From positions 2,910 to 66,909 of the IMG/VR virus record IMGVR_UViG_3300031371_000002: DNA of 64,000 nucleotides; one strand, given 5' to 3'. The stretch is from a virus. Below the pieces are notes generated by a model. The model saw nothing but the letters and a program-made list of their open reading frames with translations, made no database searches and was not told the origin of the DNA. A program made the position numbers and the translations under genes. Positions 52,321-63,005 of the stretch are shown here, piece by piece (the first letter of the stretch is position 1; every line of letters starts with the position of its first letter).

Positions 52321-52335
52321 TGATAATCGTTATCA
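52321..52335. promoter_or_regulatory. Fur/PerR-box-like 7-1-7 palindrome
   Basis: TGATAAT-C-GTTATCA. Confidence 0.55.
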
Positions 52336-52640
52336 ATAATAACCAACTTAGAATAAAACAGATTCCTATAAAATACAATTATAGGACACTCTCCAACCAT
52401 TAACACGGTAATAAGTTTCGATTAACGCTTATTTTATGGGGGAACTGGATTAAAGTTATTTCGGCATATTGCAGTCGATGAAGGGGATTAGAAGAAACTT
52501 CCCTATGCAATTGAGGTTATGTGTATCTATACCAAGAAAAGTAAATTAGATAAATTACAGCTTTATAGCTTTTTTGGGGCATTTTTCGGAATGTCCTATA
52601 AAGAGTTAATTCTCTTAAATTATGTTTAAAGGATATACAA

Positions 52641-52859
52641 ATGGCACTACTGGCAATTCTAAGATTTATTGGTACGGGTATGCTTTGGGTAACTGTGGTA
52701 ATGGTTATTCTTAAATTCATTGAGGTTTATGTTTTTCCATTTAAAGCACCTCTTCCATATGACTTTGGGGATATTGCTGCTATGGGTATTATTACAGCGG
52801 TTATTTATATCTTGGTGTTTATTCTTATTAAAATTCAGCTTATTAAAGAAATTTCCTAA
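52641..52859 (+). CDS. Two-TM membrane protein
   Basis: Two hydrophobic helices; the stop codon lies inside the TTTCCTAAGCTTAGGAAA palindrome. Confidence 0.65.
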   Translation: MALLAILRFIGTGMLWVTVVMVILKFIEVYVFPFKAPLPYDFGDIAAMGIITAVIYILVFILIKIQLIKEIS

Positions 52860-53127
52860 GCTTAGGAAAACACACATGGAAATATTATCATATGAAGTTA
52901 TTTCTATAATAACATTTGGTTTAGTAAGTTTAGCTTCAACATATAAATTGGCAGAATTAATCAATAAAGGATCAATCATGAATAACCTATGGAGAGTATA
53001 CTGTAACGGAGTATTAGTTAATGTGTTTATTAAATTTGAGAAAGCTCATAAATATGCTGACTCTATAAGAACACCTTTAAATCAAGTTAAACTTAAAAGG
53101 GGTTGTTAATATAAGCTCTCCCTAAGC

Positions 53128-53286
53128 TCAAGATTTTTTAGGGAGATTCTCTTTCATAAAAAGTTCTGTAACATAACCAAGCCAAAGGACATCAAACATA
53201 TCTTTGTTATTATTACGAAGATCATATAAAGTAGATTCTCCCTTATTAACTCTTTTGGCAAGCTCTCTAATGGTAGGTTTTTTCAT
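53128..53286 (-). CDS. Small HTH protein (52 aa, not in the ORF track)
   Basis: MKKPTIRELAKRVNKGESTLYDLR...; GAAGGA RBS; own promoter. Confidence 0.75.
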   Translation of the reverse strand: MKKPTIRELAKRVNKGESTLYDLRNNNKDMFDVLWLGYVTELFMKENLPKKS

Positions 53287-53330
53287 AGCAATTCCTTCTA
53301 TATTTTGTTGTTTATTTGGTATACCGGATA

Positions 53331-53365
53331 ATTATAGCAAGATATCTCTTAAAAATAACTTAATT
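53331..53365 (-). promoter_or_regulatory. Leftward sigma70 promoter for the HTH gene
   Basis: Minus-strand TTAAG..TTAAG..TGcTATAAT. Confidence 0.75.
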
Positions 53366-54117
53366 AAAAGAAATCTTTTCAAATAAATTCACAAAACAAG
53401 TGAATTTTGAGAGAAAATTTCAAAGGAAAAATCATGTATATGAGAACAAGTCTAATGGATAATATCAGAAGTAAACCTGCTTATGAAGCATGGCAACTAG
53501 GTGACTACGCTAGTAATAGCAAGGATTTCTCCACAAAAGACAATGCTCTATCAGAGCTACGACACTTGTGGAAGCAACTTCAGTCAGTCAATACAGTCGA
53601 AGAGTATGATAGAGTTTACAGTCGTATAGGTATACTATCTTCTTTAGTTATATAGGGTTGATTCTTTAATAAGATTACCCTAAGCTTGAGAAAATTTTGA
53701 GAGGTGAGAAATTTTGCAAAAGAGTTTCTTATAAAAAATATGCAGAATAGTGCATATTTTGAGTGATAATTAAGTCACGGTTAATTGATAGGGAGTATCA
53801 AAATGGCTAAAGTAATTACTTTTTATGCCTTATGTGAATGGGATGGTGGGGAAAGGCATATTCCTAGAAAATATATCTTCTCCAAAGAAGATGCGGAGAA
53901 GTGGGACAAGGAACAGGATTATAAGGGAACCATAACAAAACATGAGTATATAGTTTATGATGATCTGGAAGATTTGGAGAATAACTCTAAAAAGAAAATC
54001 AAAGAAAGAGCCTTAGAGAAACTTACAGATGAAGAGAAGATTGTATTGGGTCTTAAGTAATGTATATGTCTATAATAATTTCCCAAGCTTTGGAAAATTT
54101 GGAGAAAAGGATTAAAA

Positions 54118-54346
54118 ATGAGTAAAACTTAGAAAAGGTCTGGAAGTAATTGTTGATTATCAAGCTACTAACAGAGCTGATATTATAGAGGTTTATGAAA
54201 GTGAGTCAAATCTGGAAGGGTTTGATACTATTGCAGCTTTCAATGATTCTTATGTAGATTTAGAGTCAGGAGTTACTGTACAGTTAGAATACATCGCTGT
54301 ATGGGATGAAGATAATTCTGATTATACGGAAGAGTTTGAGGTTTAA
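54118..54346 (+). pseudogene. Frameshifted acidic protein
   Basis: ATG AGT AAA ACT TAG; removing one A gives a 75 aa ORF MSKLRKGLEV...EEFEV. Confidence 0.7.
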
Positions 54347-54949
54347 GATTATATTCTTATTATAGAGTATTAGGGAGGATTATTTGTGTATCTTTCCCTA
54401 AGCTTGAGAAAATTTAGGATTGCTTTAAAATTTTAGGGGAAGCTAAGTCCTGAATTTAACACTTTTAGAAAAAGGATTTAAAATGACAGTCAGTGGAACA
54501 TATGGAACAGGAACACCTTGTGATGTATTTGTATACGAAACAAGACAGGGTAATTGGTATTGTGTAGAAGGTTCAAAGAATGTAAATTGCACATTTGATG
54601 AAATTTCAGATGGAGTTGATGTTGAATGTCTTTATACTGTGGATGTTTTCACATGGAATAAAGATATTGATTCTTATGAAGAGCTTGTTGAAGCTGTGGA
54701 TTTTACTCTTAAAAAAGTATTGGCTAGTGAAGCAAAAATAGCCTTCAGAGATATTGGTTAAGTAATGAAACAAAACACAGTAGAAGCACTCTATAAAGAT
54801 TTCCTGAATATGAAAGAATCTGGGGAACTTTTTGGAATGACAATCAAAGAAGATGAGTTTGGAGAAAAGTTTATGCATGTTCCTAATGATGTATGGTATT
54901 ATTTAGATGATGACCAAAGAGATTCATTTGATAGTATTGTAGAAGAAGA

Positions 54950-55040
54950 GTTTTTAAGACGTTTTACACCTCTAGTGCTACCTAGGTATTCCTTAATAGG
55001 AGATCGTTGATTGTAGACGATTCTAGGTATGTTAAAAGGG
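54950..55040 (+). repeat. Dispersed element, copy F
   Basis: GGTATT at 54985, AGATCGTTGATTGTAG at 55001. Confidence 0.85.
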
Positions 55041-55144
55041 GTGTTTCATTCTAAGCTTGATAAAAATATTGAGCTTAGGTCTATAAATTAATGAGTCTCT
55101 AATAATTTTGGAGATTCACAGTTTATATACAAAAGGAAAAACAA

Positions 55145-55528
55145 ATGAGTTACCTTAGACAAATAATGAAAGATATTGCCATTGATAACATTGATGGTAT
55201 GGACAGAGATGAGGCAAGATATTATCTTGAAAATGAGGCTATTCCTGTTTCAGGTTCAGTCAGTGGGTTGATTTATTATGCCGACACAGAACCTTACGCA
55301 CAGGAATTTCATGATGAAATCATTGAGTTGATGGAAGAGATTTATGATAAGGAGATTCCATCAGAGCTCCTGACTCTGAATGCAATGACATGGTTTGCTT
55401 TTGAATATCTTCTATCAGGAATGGTTGATGAGATCATTGAAGAAGTTTACGGAGATGAAGAAGATTTGGAAGAAGAGGAAGAATGGGATACTTCTTGGGT
55501 AGATGAGCAGCTAGAAGGAAAAGCTTAG
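55145..55528 (+). CDS. Highly acidic protein, Ocr-like DNA-mimic candidate
   Basis: SGSVSGLIYYADT..FHDEI..WFAFE; D/E-rich tail. Confidence 0.5.
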   Translation: MSYLRQIMKDIAIDNIDGMDRDEARYYLENEAIPVSGSVSGLIYYADTEPYAQEFHDEIIELMEEIYDKEIPSELLTLNAMTWFAFEYLLSGMVDEIIEEVYGDEEDLEEEEEWDTSWVDEQLEGKA

Positions 55529-56868
55529 AGGAATACCCTAAGCTGAATATAGTTTAAAGGGATAAATTATGAGAAAACTATTTGAGAATATTCCAGATAA
55601 TCTTTCATCACATAAGATTTATATATGTGTTAAGAATGAGATAATCTATAAAATGTCTACTGCTGAAGCTGATAAAGATAAGTTCTTTCAGCTACATGAT
55701 TTAAGTAATTCATATCATTGGGATTCTCATTTTGAGATTGGAAGATTTCATAACATGAAGGAGTGTTTGGAAAGTGTTCCAGATGACTATCAGATATATG
55801 AATTTGATAATCTAAAAGAATTTTCTGATTGGCTTTATAAACGATTCAATAAAGATTTTCTAAACAAATGATTTTTAAAAGGACAGATTATGAATAGAGA
55901 TAATTTAGAAGAGTTCATTGAGGAACTTAGAGAAATTTGGGTAGGTTCTGGATACTCTATAAAGTCCCTATGCAGAAACTTAGAAAGTTCGGGGTTAGCT
56001 TCTGAGAAACCTTTTGAGGCCCAAATACCTAGAATCTTTTTTGGGAAAGTAGAGAATAAGTATATTGTTATTAATGTTACAATATCAGGATATGAACTAT
56101 TAGTACCATTACAACCTTAATCAAGGATAAATTATGATGTACCAATGGAAATCAGAATATTTGGAAGAATATGCACAAGGTTATATTATCGTTGAAGCAA
56201 ACTCTGTAGCAGGAGCTAGAATTAAAGCTTTGAAATTCTTTGATGAGTATGACAGAGAATCGTATTCGTGGAATTATGGAAGGGATCAGGATGAAGATGA
56301 TAAGAAAGAGATACTAGAAAGATATGAAACTTTCACTAGAGATATTTCAGATGAACCTAAAGTTTCAGAAGTTATATTTATTAGAGGAAGTGAATAGAAT
56401 ATTTACCTAAGCAAAACAAAAATAAAAGGATAACACATGAAAGAACTGATTAAAAAATACAAATTGTCTTACACTCTTGAAGATGTAAGCGCACCAAGTT
56501 GGTCTAAAGGTAATCATTTTCATTATATCATTGATGTTGATGGGGAAGAGTTTGATTATTGGACTTCTATTGCAGATTATGAAGATGGAAAAGATGAGCT
56601 ATCGGATAAAGACTTACTTCTAGCTTTTCGTGAAATTGTGGATGATGCACTTTATCCTACTCAATATGATCAAGACGAATTTCTTAGAAGTTTTGGGTTT
56701 GATGAAAGTTTGGAAAGTGTAAGACGGGGAGAAGAAGTATATAGAGGCTGTCAAGAAAGTGCAGATAAATTAAATCTAAGTGAGTCTGAACTTATTGATA
56801 TTCTTGATGAATTAGAAGAGAGAGATGTCTGTTAAATCTTAATAGAGAGATACAATAGGATATACTAT

Positions 56869-56988
56869 CCCCTATTAATGTGTTCATAGAATAACGCTTT
56901 AAAATCTTCTTTTTCATGGATAAACCCAGTCATAGCTTCATTTAAGTTTCGACGATTTTTATCCAGAAATAGAGGTTAGAATAACGGT
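56869..56988. repeat. 120 bp intergenic repeat, copy 1
   Basis: Homologous to 62541-62660. Confidence 0.85.
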
Positions 56989-57572
56989 CAAAATAAGTAG
57001 AAAAATATGTCAGAATATGAGTACTATAAAAAAGAATTTGGAAGAGTAGAGTTTGGAGAGTTTCCACCTTTGGTTAAAGTTATAGGAGAAGATGAATCAG
57101 AAACAAAATGGTTAAGTTTCAATATGGATTCAATTAAAGCCCTTCGTGAATTTCTGGATACTGTTGAAGAAAGGATTCAAAATGATTAGAGAAGGCGCTA
57201 TTAGAAAAATAGTACAACAAGAAGTGAAGGAAATACTGCAAGATATAGATGAATTTGGGTATAGTTCCTATTTAAACCATTTACTGGCAGGTAGATATAT
57301 AGAACATACAAACGAAGACCTAGAAGATGTTTATGAAATGTTCTTTGAAAGGTGTATCAAAATAGAAGAAAAGGATTCAAAATGATCAATGCAATAATTG
57401 ACAGAGCAAGAGAGCCTTATAGAGAGGCTAAATATTTGGTGAAGTTGTTTGGAAGAGTTGTATGCTCAGGAACTAAAGAGCAATGTGCTAACTATTGTAA
57501 AGATAGAAAAGTAACATTGGTTGTTATTCCTGAGTCTGGTGCATATGCTTGGAGAGAGCTTGATTAGGGCAG

Positions 57573-57620
57573 TTTCCTGTAATCTCGGATATCGTAAGGT
57601 ATCCTAAGCTTAGGAAAATT
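57573..57620 (+). repeat. 48 bp hairpin-plus-palindrome element
   Basis: 40/48 identical to 26754-26801. Confidence 0.8.
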
Positions 57621-58596
57621 TGGAGAAAGGATGATAGAATGGAAAGTAAAGAAACAGGACCCTTTGGATATATTAATATAGGAGGTAATATCTACAAATC
57701 TAAAGACTGCAAAGGGGATTATTACATACTCAATCCGAAAAGCGGCCGGTTTTATTTTTTTGGAGGGATAGTAGACCCAAAAGTTCTAAGAGATATGGCC
57801 GATGAACTTGAGGAATACAGGGAACAAGAAAGAATTAAAAAAGAAGAAAAACAAAAAATTCTGGATCGACTAACTCTAGAAGAGAAAATTATTCTGGGAA
57901 TTAGAGGGTAATTTTCTAAGCTTAGAAAAATTTGTAGAAAAGGATTAAAGATGGGAATGGAACAAAATAATGGGCATGTTAAATATGTTAATCATCCGGG
58001 AGTAGATGCTACGGATTGTCCCTTGAGGATAACAGTTACAACAAGAGTTTAAATTTCTCTTATCTTATATTGAAAAGGATAACCGATGAATCAAATCTAT
58101 AAAGAAGCAGTAGAAGAACAGCTTAAGCTAATTGATCAAGAAATTGAGCTTCTTATGAAAATTCGTGAGAAAGCTGTTCAATGTTTGGAAGAGGTTGAAG
58201 GTGACTCCGATAAGGATTTTGTATTGAAGAATAATTTTGGATTGCAAAAGAAAGGAGATTGATATGGGATGTCATACGTGGTACTATAAAAGAACAAAGA
58301 GTAAAATAATCCCATTTAATAAAAAGTATAAATGGAAAGCTTTATATAACAAGATTGGAAATAAGCTTTATATTGAGAATAACGACTACCATGATGGTAT
58401 CAGAGTAGCGGGGTATCCTGAAGATAAACTGTTTAGTTATAGAGATTTTTTAAGATTCATTCAAAAGAATGTCAGGAAACTGCAATACAGAGGTCAAACC
58501 AAAAGAGTTACAATTAAACAGAAAGTTGATATGAAAGAGTACTTTCAGAAATTTCCAGATAGTATGATTGATTTTGGTTAGAAGTTAAGAGATTAA

Positions 58597-58690
58597 AAAA
58601 TAAAAGCTTTAAATAGCTAACCTATACCTTACCATTCCTAAGCCATAGATCGTTGATTGTAGTGAATCCTCATGCGTTTATGAGGCATAT
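58597..58690 (+). repeat. Dispersed element, copy G
   Basis: ACCATT at 58631, AGATCGTTGATTGTAG at 58647. Confidence 0.8.
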
Positions 58691-58886
58691 ATGAATCAAG
58701 ATTTACTTGGCTTAGGGAAATATAAATTAAAGAGTTTCCTCTAAATTCAGGAAGTTCTGAGTTTATATTCAAGGAGAGTAGCATGAGGTTTAACCATATG
58801 GATTTCCAAATTGAAGTGATAAAACTTATCCGAAGATTAAAAGCAAAGAAAAGACTTAGAAGAATGAAAGAGAAAGGATATTTCAA

Positions 58887-59366
58887 ATGAGATACTTAAC
58901 CATATTGTTTCTATTCAGTTCATTGTTTGCAGAGTTTAAAGTTATTGGATATGGAATATCATACCATCCTGACAAATATTATATTCTTGAAACAAAATAT
59001 GTTAATCCATACACAGGAAGAGTTTCAAGAATAGAGAAAGAGAAGATGGAGCATAATTCAGATCATAAATTGATTGGCTTAGAATATGAATTTGGAGGTT
59101 ACTCTATTACAGGGGTATCTTATAAGAATAGTTTTTATAATATTACTAATGCTGTATATGTTTCTAAGCTTTGGAAAATTTCTGGCTTAGAGTATAAACT
59201 AAGTGTGGGACTTGCAACAGGATATGGCACAGCATATGAAACAAGAGACAGCATAAAACTTATGGGGATGCCTTCCATTCAGAAAAAGATTGGAAATTTT
59301 GAAGTAGAAGTTGGCATCTTAGGAACAGCATTATTTACAATGCTTAAATATAATTTTGGAGAATAA
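58887..59366 (+). CDS. Signal-peptide outer-membrane beta-barrel (PagP-like) candidate
   Basis: Cleavable signal; SYH, IGLEYE, YKNSF, GLATGY; C-terminal LKYNF. Confidence 0.55.
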   Translation: MRYLTILFLFSSLFAEFKVIGYGISYHPDKYYILETKYVNPYTGRVSRIEKEKMEHNSDHKLIGLEYEFGGYSITGVSYKNSFYNITNAVYVSKLWKISGLEYKLSVGLATGYGTAYETRDSIKLMGMPSIQKKIGNFEVEVGILGTALFTMLKYNFGE

Positions 59367-61111
59367 AATGACACATAAAGAAAAGTATACAAACTATAAA
59401 ATCCATGAAACTTTTGATGAAGGTATTATCTGGTTGACAAGAGGACTGTATTACAGAGCAATTAGAATTGATGGTGAAGAGAAAGTCTTCCATAACTATG
59501 CGAAAGCTTATACATTTTTGATGGGGGTTGATGAAAGCAAACTCTAAGAAGAAACTAGGTAGAATAAATCTATAAAGGAGAAACTATGTGTGAACAATTT
59601 GAAGTGAATGTTAGAGGACATATTCTTTGGGTAGAGCTTTGTGTGAGTTCTGTTGTTTGGGGAGATTCTGGAATTGGTCACTATCAATATGGAGATAGAA
59701 ATGAATATGATTCAAGACCTTTCATTGAAGAGTTTGATGGGGATATCTTTGTCTTCTCTGATCGTAAGAAGGAGTTTGTTAAAATTAGTGCTGGCTTAGA
59801 GAATGATTTGGTTGATATCATTTTAGAGAATGAAGATATCGTGGATAAAATGGAAAGAACATTTAAGGAGAGAGAAAGATGAATGAGAAAGAAAATAACC
59901 TAGATCCTAAAATTCTTGAAAATTTGATTTTAGAATTTATGAACGAGTGGGATAGGTGTGGTAAATATCCTGACACACCTGAGGAAATTAAAAGATTCAA
60001 TTGGATATACGATAAAATGTATCAATATATTTTTGTAGGAGATATTGAATGACTGAACAAGAAATATATGAGTTAATAGTAGATAGTATTAGTGCTACAT
60101 TATTTAACTCTGACCATGATAGAATTCGGGAAGTGGCTAAAGTTATTTATAAGGAATGTGATGAGAAAAATAAAAAGCTTAGGAGAGAGAATAATGAACT
60201 ATTATGAAAATAAAGAAATGGATGAATTTTTTGCAGAAGAAAGAGCAAAAAGGGAAAGGGACCCTGAATATAAAAGAGTTCAACTTGAAAAAGAAGGAAG
60301 TATAGAATGCCGGAAATGTGGCACTATTCAAAATATTAAAAACACTTTCTGTTTTAGATGTGGCAATAAACTAAATTAAAAAGCTTAGAGGAGAAAACAA
60401 ATGAAAGCATATATTAGAAGATTCTGTGATTATGGATACACAGTCAATACAGAAATTAAGACAATGGAAAAGTTTGCATGGATGATTGGTCAGATGCTTG
60501 GAATGGGAATTATGGAATACACACTCAATGGAATCAAATTTATTGAGAATGGGCAGGTGGATATTGACAAATGGAACAATAGAAAACAACTTTTGAATTT
60601 GGAGGATTGATTATGGAACATCCAATTGTATTTCAATCATATGAAGAAGTCGAAGAAGCAATTAAGGTTAAGGCTATTAGACCTTCAAACGGTATTAATA
60701 CCTTCAGTAGATACAAAGACGGAGAATATGCTTTCCCTGTGCTAGTATGGGTAGGGGGATGGGGACTTACACATCAGACAAATCAAGATGAAGCTTGGAA
60801 TGAGGAAGAGTACCTTATAGAATTGCAGCAATCTAAACTATGGAAAAATATTAGAGAAGAGTTTATTTCCACCCCAATCCAAATGACAATTGAAGAGCTT
60901 GAAAATGTATTAGGGCATAAAATTGAAATTATCAAGGAAACAAAATGACAGATGGATATGATACACAAGATGTTGAATATGAAATTAGGAAAGCACAACT
61001 AGAACCATTTATCCTAGATGTTAAAAAAGCATTGGACTATTTGGATGTTGCTTGCGAAGATGTTGGTCTTGATTATTATAATCTTGTACAGAGAATTGTT
61101 GAAGGAGAAGT

Positions 61112-61411
61112 TTGATGAATAAGCTAAGAGTTTGGTGGATTCCACAAGTGCCTATGAAAAGTTTCAATGTTGAAGTTGAAAGTGTTGAAGAAGGTATAAA
61201 AATTCTAGATACACTTTCATCATATGACATATTTCAAATTGATAATAATATCAAACCTGATTGTTGTAATGTAGGAGGACTTCAATTGTTTGATCCAGAA
61301 GATAAAGAGGATTCACCAGAAGGGTCATGGGTAGATTGGTATTATGAAGATGAGCTGAACTATTTTGATGATCCTGATGAATATCTAGAATGGAAAAGAG
61401 GAGAAGTTTGA
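61112..61411 (+). CDS. P22 gp17-like protein (superinfection-exclusion-associated family)
   Basis: LRVWWIPQVPMK.F.VEV..YD.FQ..N.IKPD..N.GGLQ..WVDW. Confidence 0.7.
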   Translation: MMNKLRVWWIPQVPMKSFNVEVESVEEGIKILDTLSSYDIFQIDNNIKPDCCNVGGLQLFDPEDKEDSPEGSWVDWYYEDELNYFDDPDEYLEWKRGEV

Positions 61412-62174
61412 TGGAACTCACAAAAGAAGAATTTATTAAGATGATGTATCAATATCATTTTAAACTATCAAATCCTGATGTGTGTTTGGAAGAAGATTAT
61501 CCTTCCTTTGAAGATATTGTAGAATTAATGTATAAGCATTTTCATGAAACCAATCAATAAACTCCTCATAAATGATGGGAACAGGATTGAGCTTAGAGGA
61601 AAGTTCTGGATGATTCCTACAAATAATGCAAGACAAGATAAAACTTGGGTTAAGGGTTTTAAGATTGTAGGAATCATTGATGATAAGAACTTTCTATTTC
61701 AACGTGTATGGGAACATTCTCCTAAGCTTTTGAAAGAAATCACCGATGAAAAGCTTAGGGAATATGTTGGAGAAATATACACAGATAAAACATGTTTTGA
61801 ATTGGAGTATTGATGACACTACTTAAAGTTCTACAAAGAATAGAAGATGAATTCTACCCAACAGAAATAACTATCCATTCACTATATTCCCCAAGAAAGA
61901 TTTACGGACATATCCTAATTTTGGAGGGAATCCTAACATTTGAAATCAATGAAGGAGACAACCCAGAAGAAATCATTTCAAGTCTTTATAAGAAACAAGG
62001 AGTTATGTCAAGCTTAGGGATATATATGATAGACAATGACCTAGAAGTATCTCACCTTGTAGAACATAAAGATGGATTCAGAATAGGAGAAGTCTTCATG
62101 GATTATGACTTCAATGTTTATCAATGGAGAAATGGGGAGAAGATTAAGATTGAAAGATAATTTTCTCTCACGCT

Positions 62175-62270
62175 TATTTTAAAGCATTTTATACCCTTAG
62201 TGCTACCTACCCATTAGTGACATGGAGATCGTGGCTTCTAGGGCATCAGAATGCTCGCAAATCGCTATAT
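62175..62270 (+). repeat. Dispersed element, copy H
   Basis: CCCATT at 62210, AGATCGTGG at 62226. Confidence 0.75.
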
Positions 62271-62540
62271 TTAATTTAAAAGGAGAATGTTATGGAAGAT
62301 TTGATCAAGGCTTTACAAATTTTAAGCAAATATACACAAGAAAAATACCCAACAGGTTGTGAACATGATGTGCTATATGTCATAGGAGTTAATATTGATG
62401 ATGTTTCAGAAGAAGATTTAGTTGAATTAGAGAATTTAAGTTTCAAATACGATGATGAAGAGGATAACTTTTATTCCTTTAGATTTGGATCATGTTAATT
62501 AGCTCTTAGAGAGTAGTCTCTTATTCACAGAGATACAGAC

Positions 62541-62660
62541 CCCCTATTAATGTGTAAAGAGAATAACGCTTTAAATTCTTTAAAAGCATTAACAAAGCTA
62601 AATATAGCCTCAAATAATTTTCGACGATTTTTATCCAGAAATCGAGGTTAGAATAACGGT
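62541..62660. repeat. 120 bp intergenic repeat, copy 2
   Basis: Homologous to 56869-56988. Confidence 0.85.
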
Positions 62661-62687
62661 AGTTTTAGGTGCTTTTTAGTTGTAAGT

Positions 62688-62720
62688 TTAAGCTGTTTTT
62701 AATTCAGCTTTTGGTATAAT
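62688..62720 (+). promoter_or_regulatory. sigma70 promoter
   Basis: TTAAG..TTAA..TGgTATAAT. Confidence 0.65.
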
Positions 62721-62911
62721 TTTGGAAAGGAGTTTCTTATGAAGTTGAGAATTTCAAATGGAGTATATATCATCGAAGAACAAGAGCTAGGTGAGACATT
62801 AATCCTATTATACTTTAGTTCAGATGAAATAGTAGTAAAAGGGATTTGGTATAAGGTAAAAACCAAGATGTTAAATTACGAAGATAAAATTGCTAAAATT
62901 ATTGTCTATCA

Positions 62912-63005
62912 AAAATAGAGACGTTTTATGTTTCAGGTAGGCTAGGGTATTACTTAGGTGGGGATCGTTGATTGTAGCGAATCCTCGTAACGCAAATCGC
63001 TATAT
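62912..63005 (+). repeat. Dispersed element, copy I
   Basis: GGTATT at 62946, GGATCGTTGATTGTAG at 62962. Confidence 0.85.

Noticed and set aside
53785-57911. Shared C-terminal L.KLT.EEK..LG motif in ORFs 53785 and 57639
   Set aside because: A short appendage I recognise as common in phage small proteins; not distinctive
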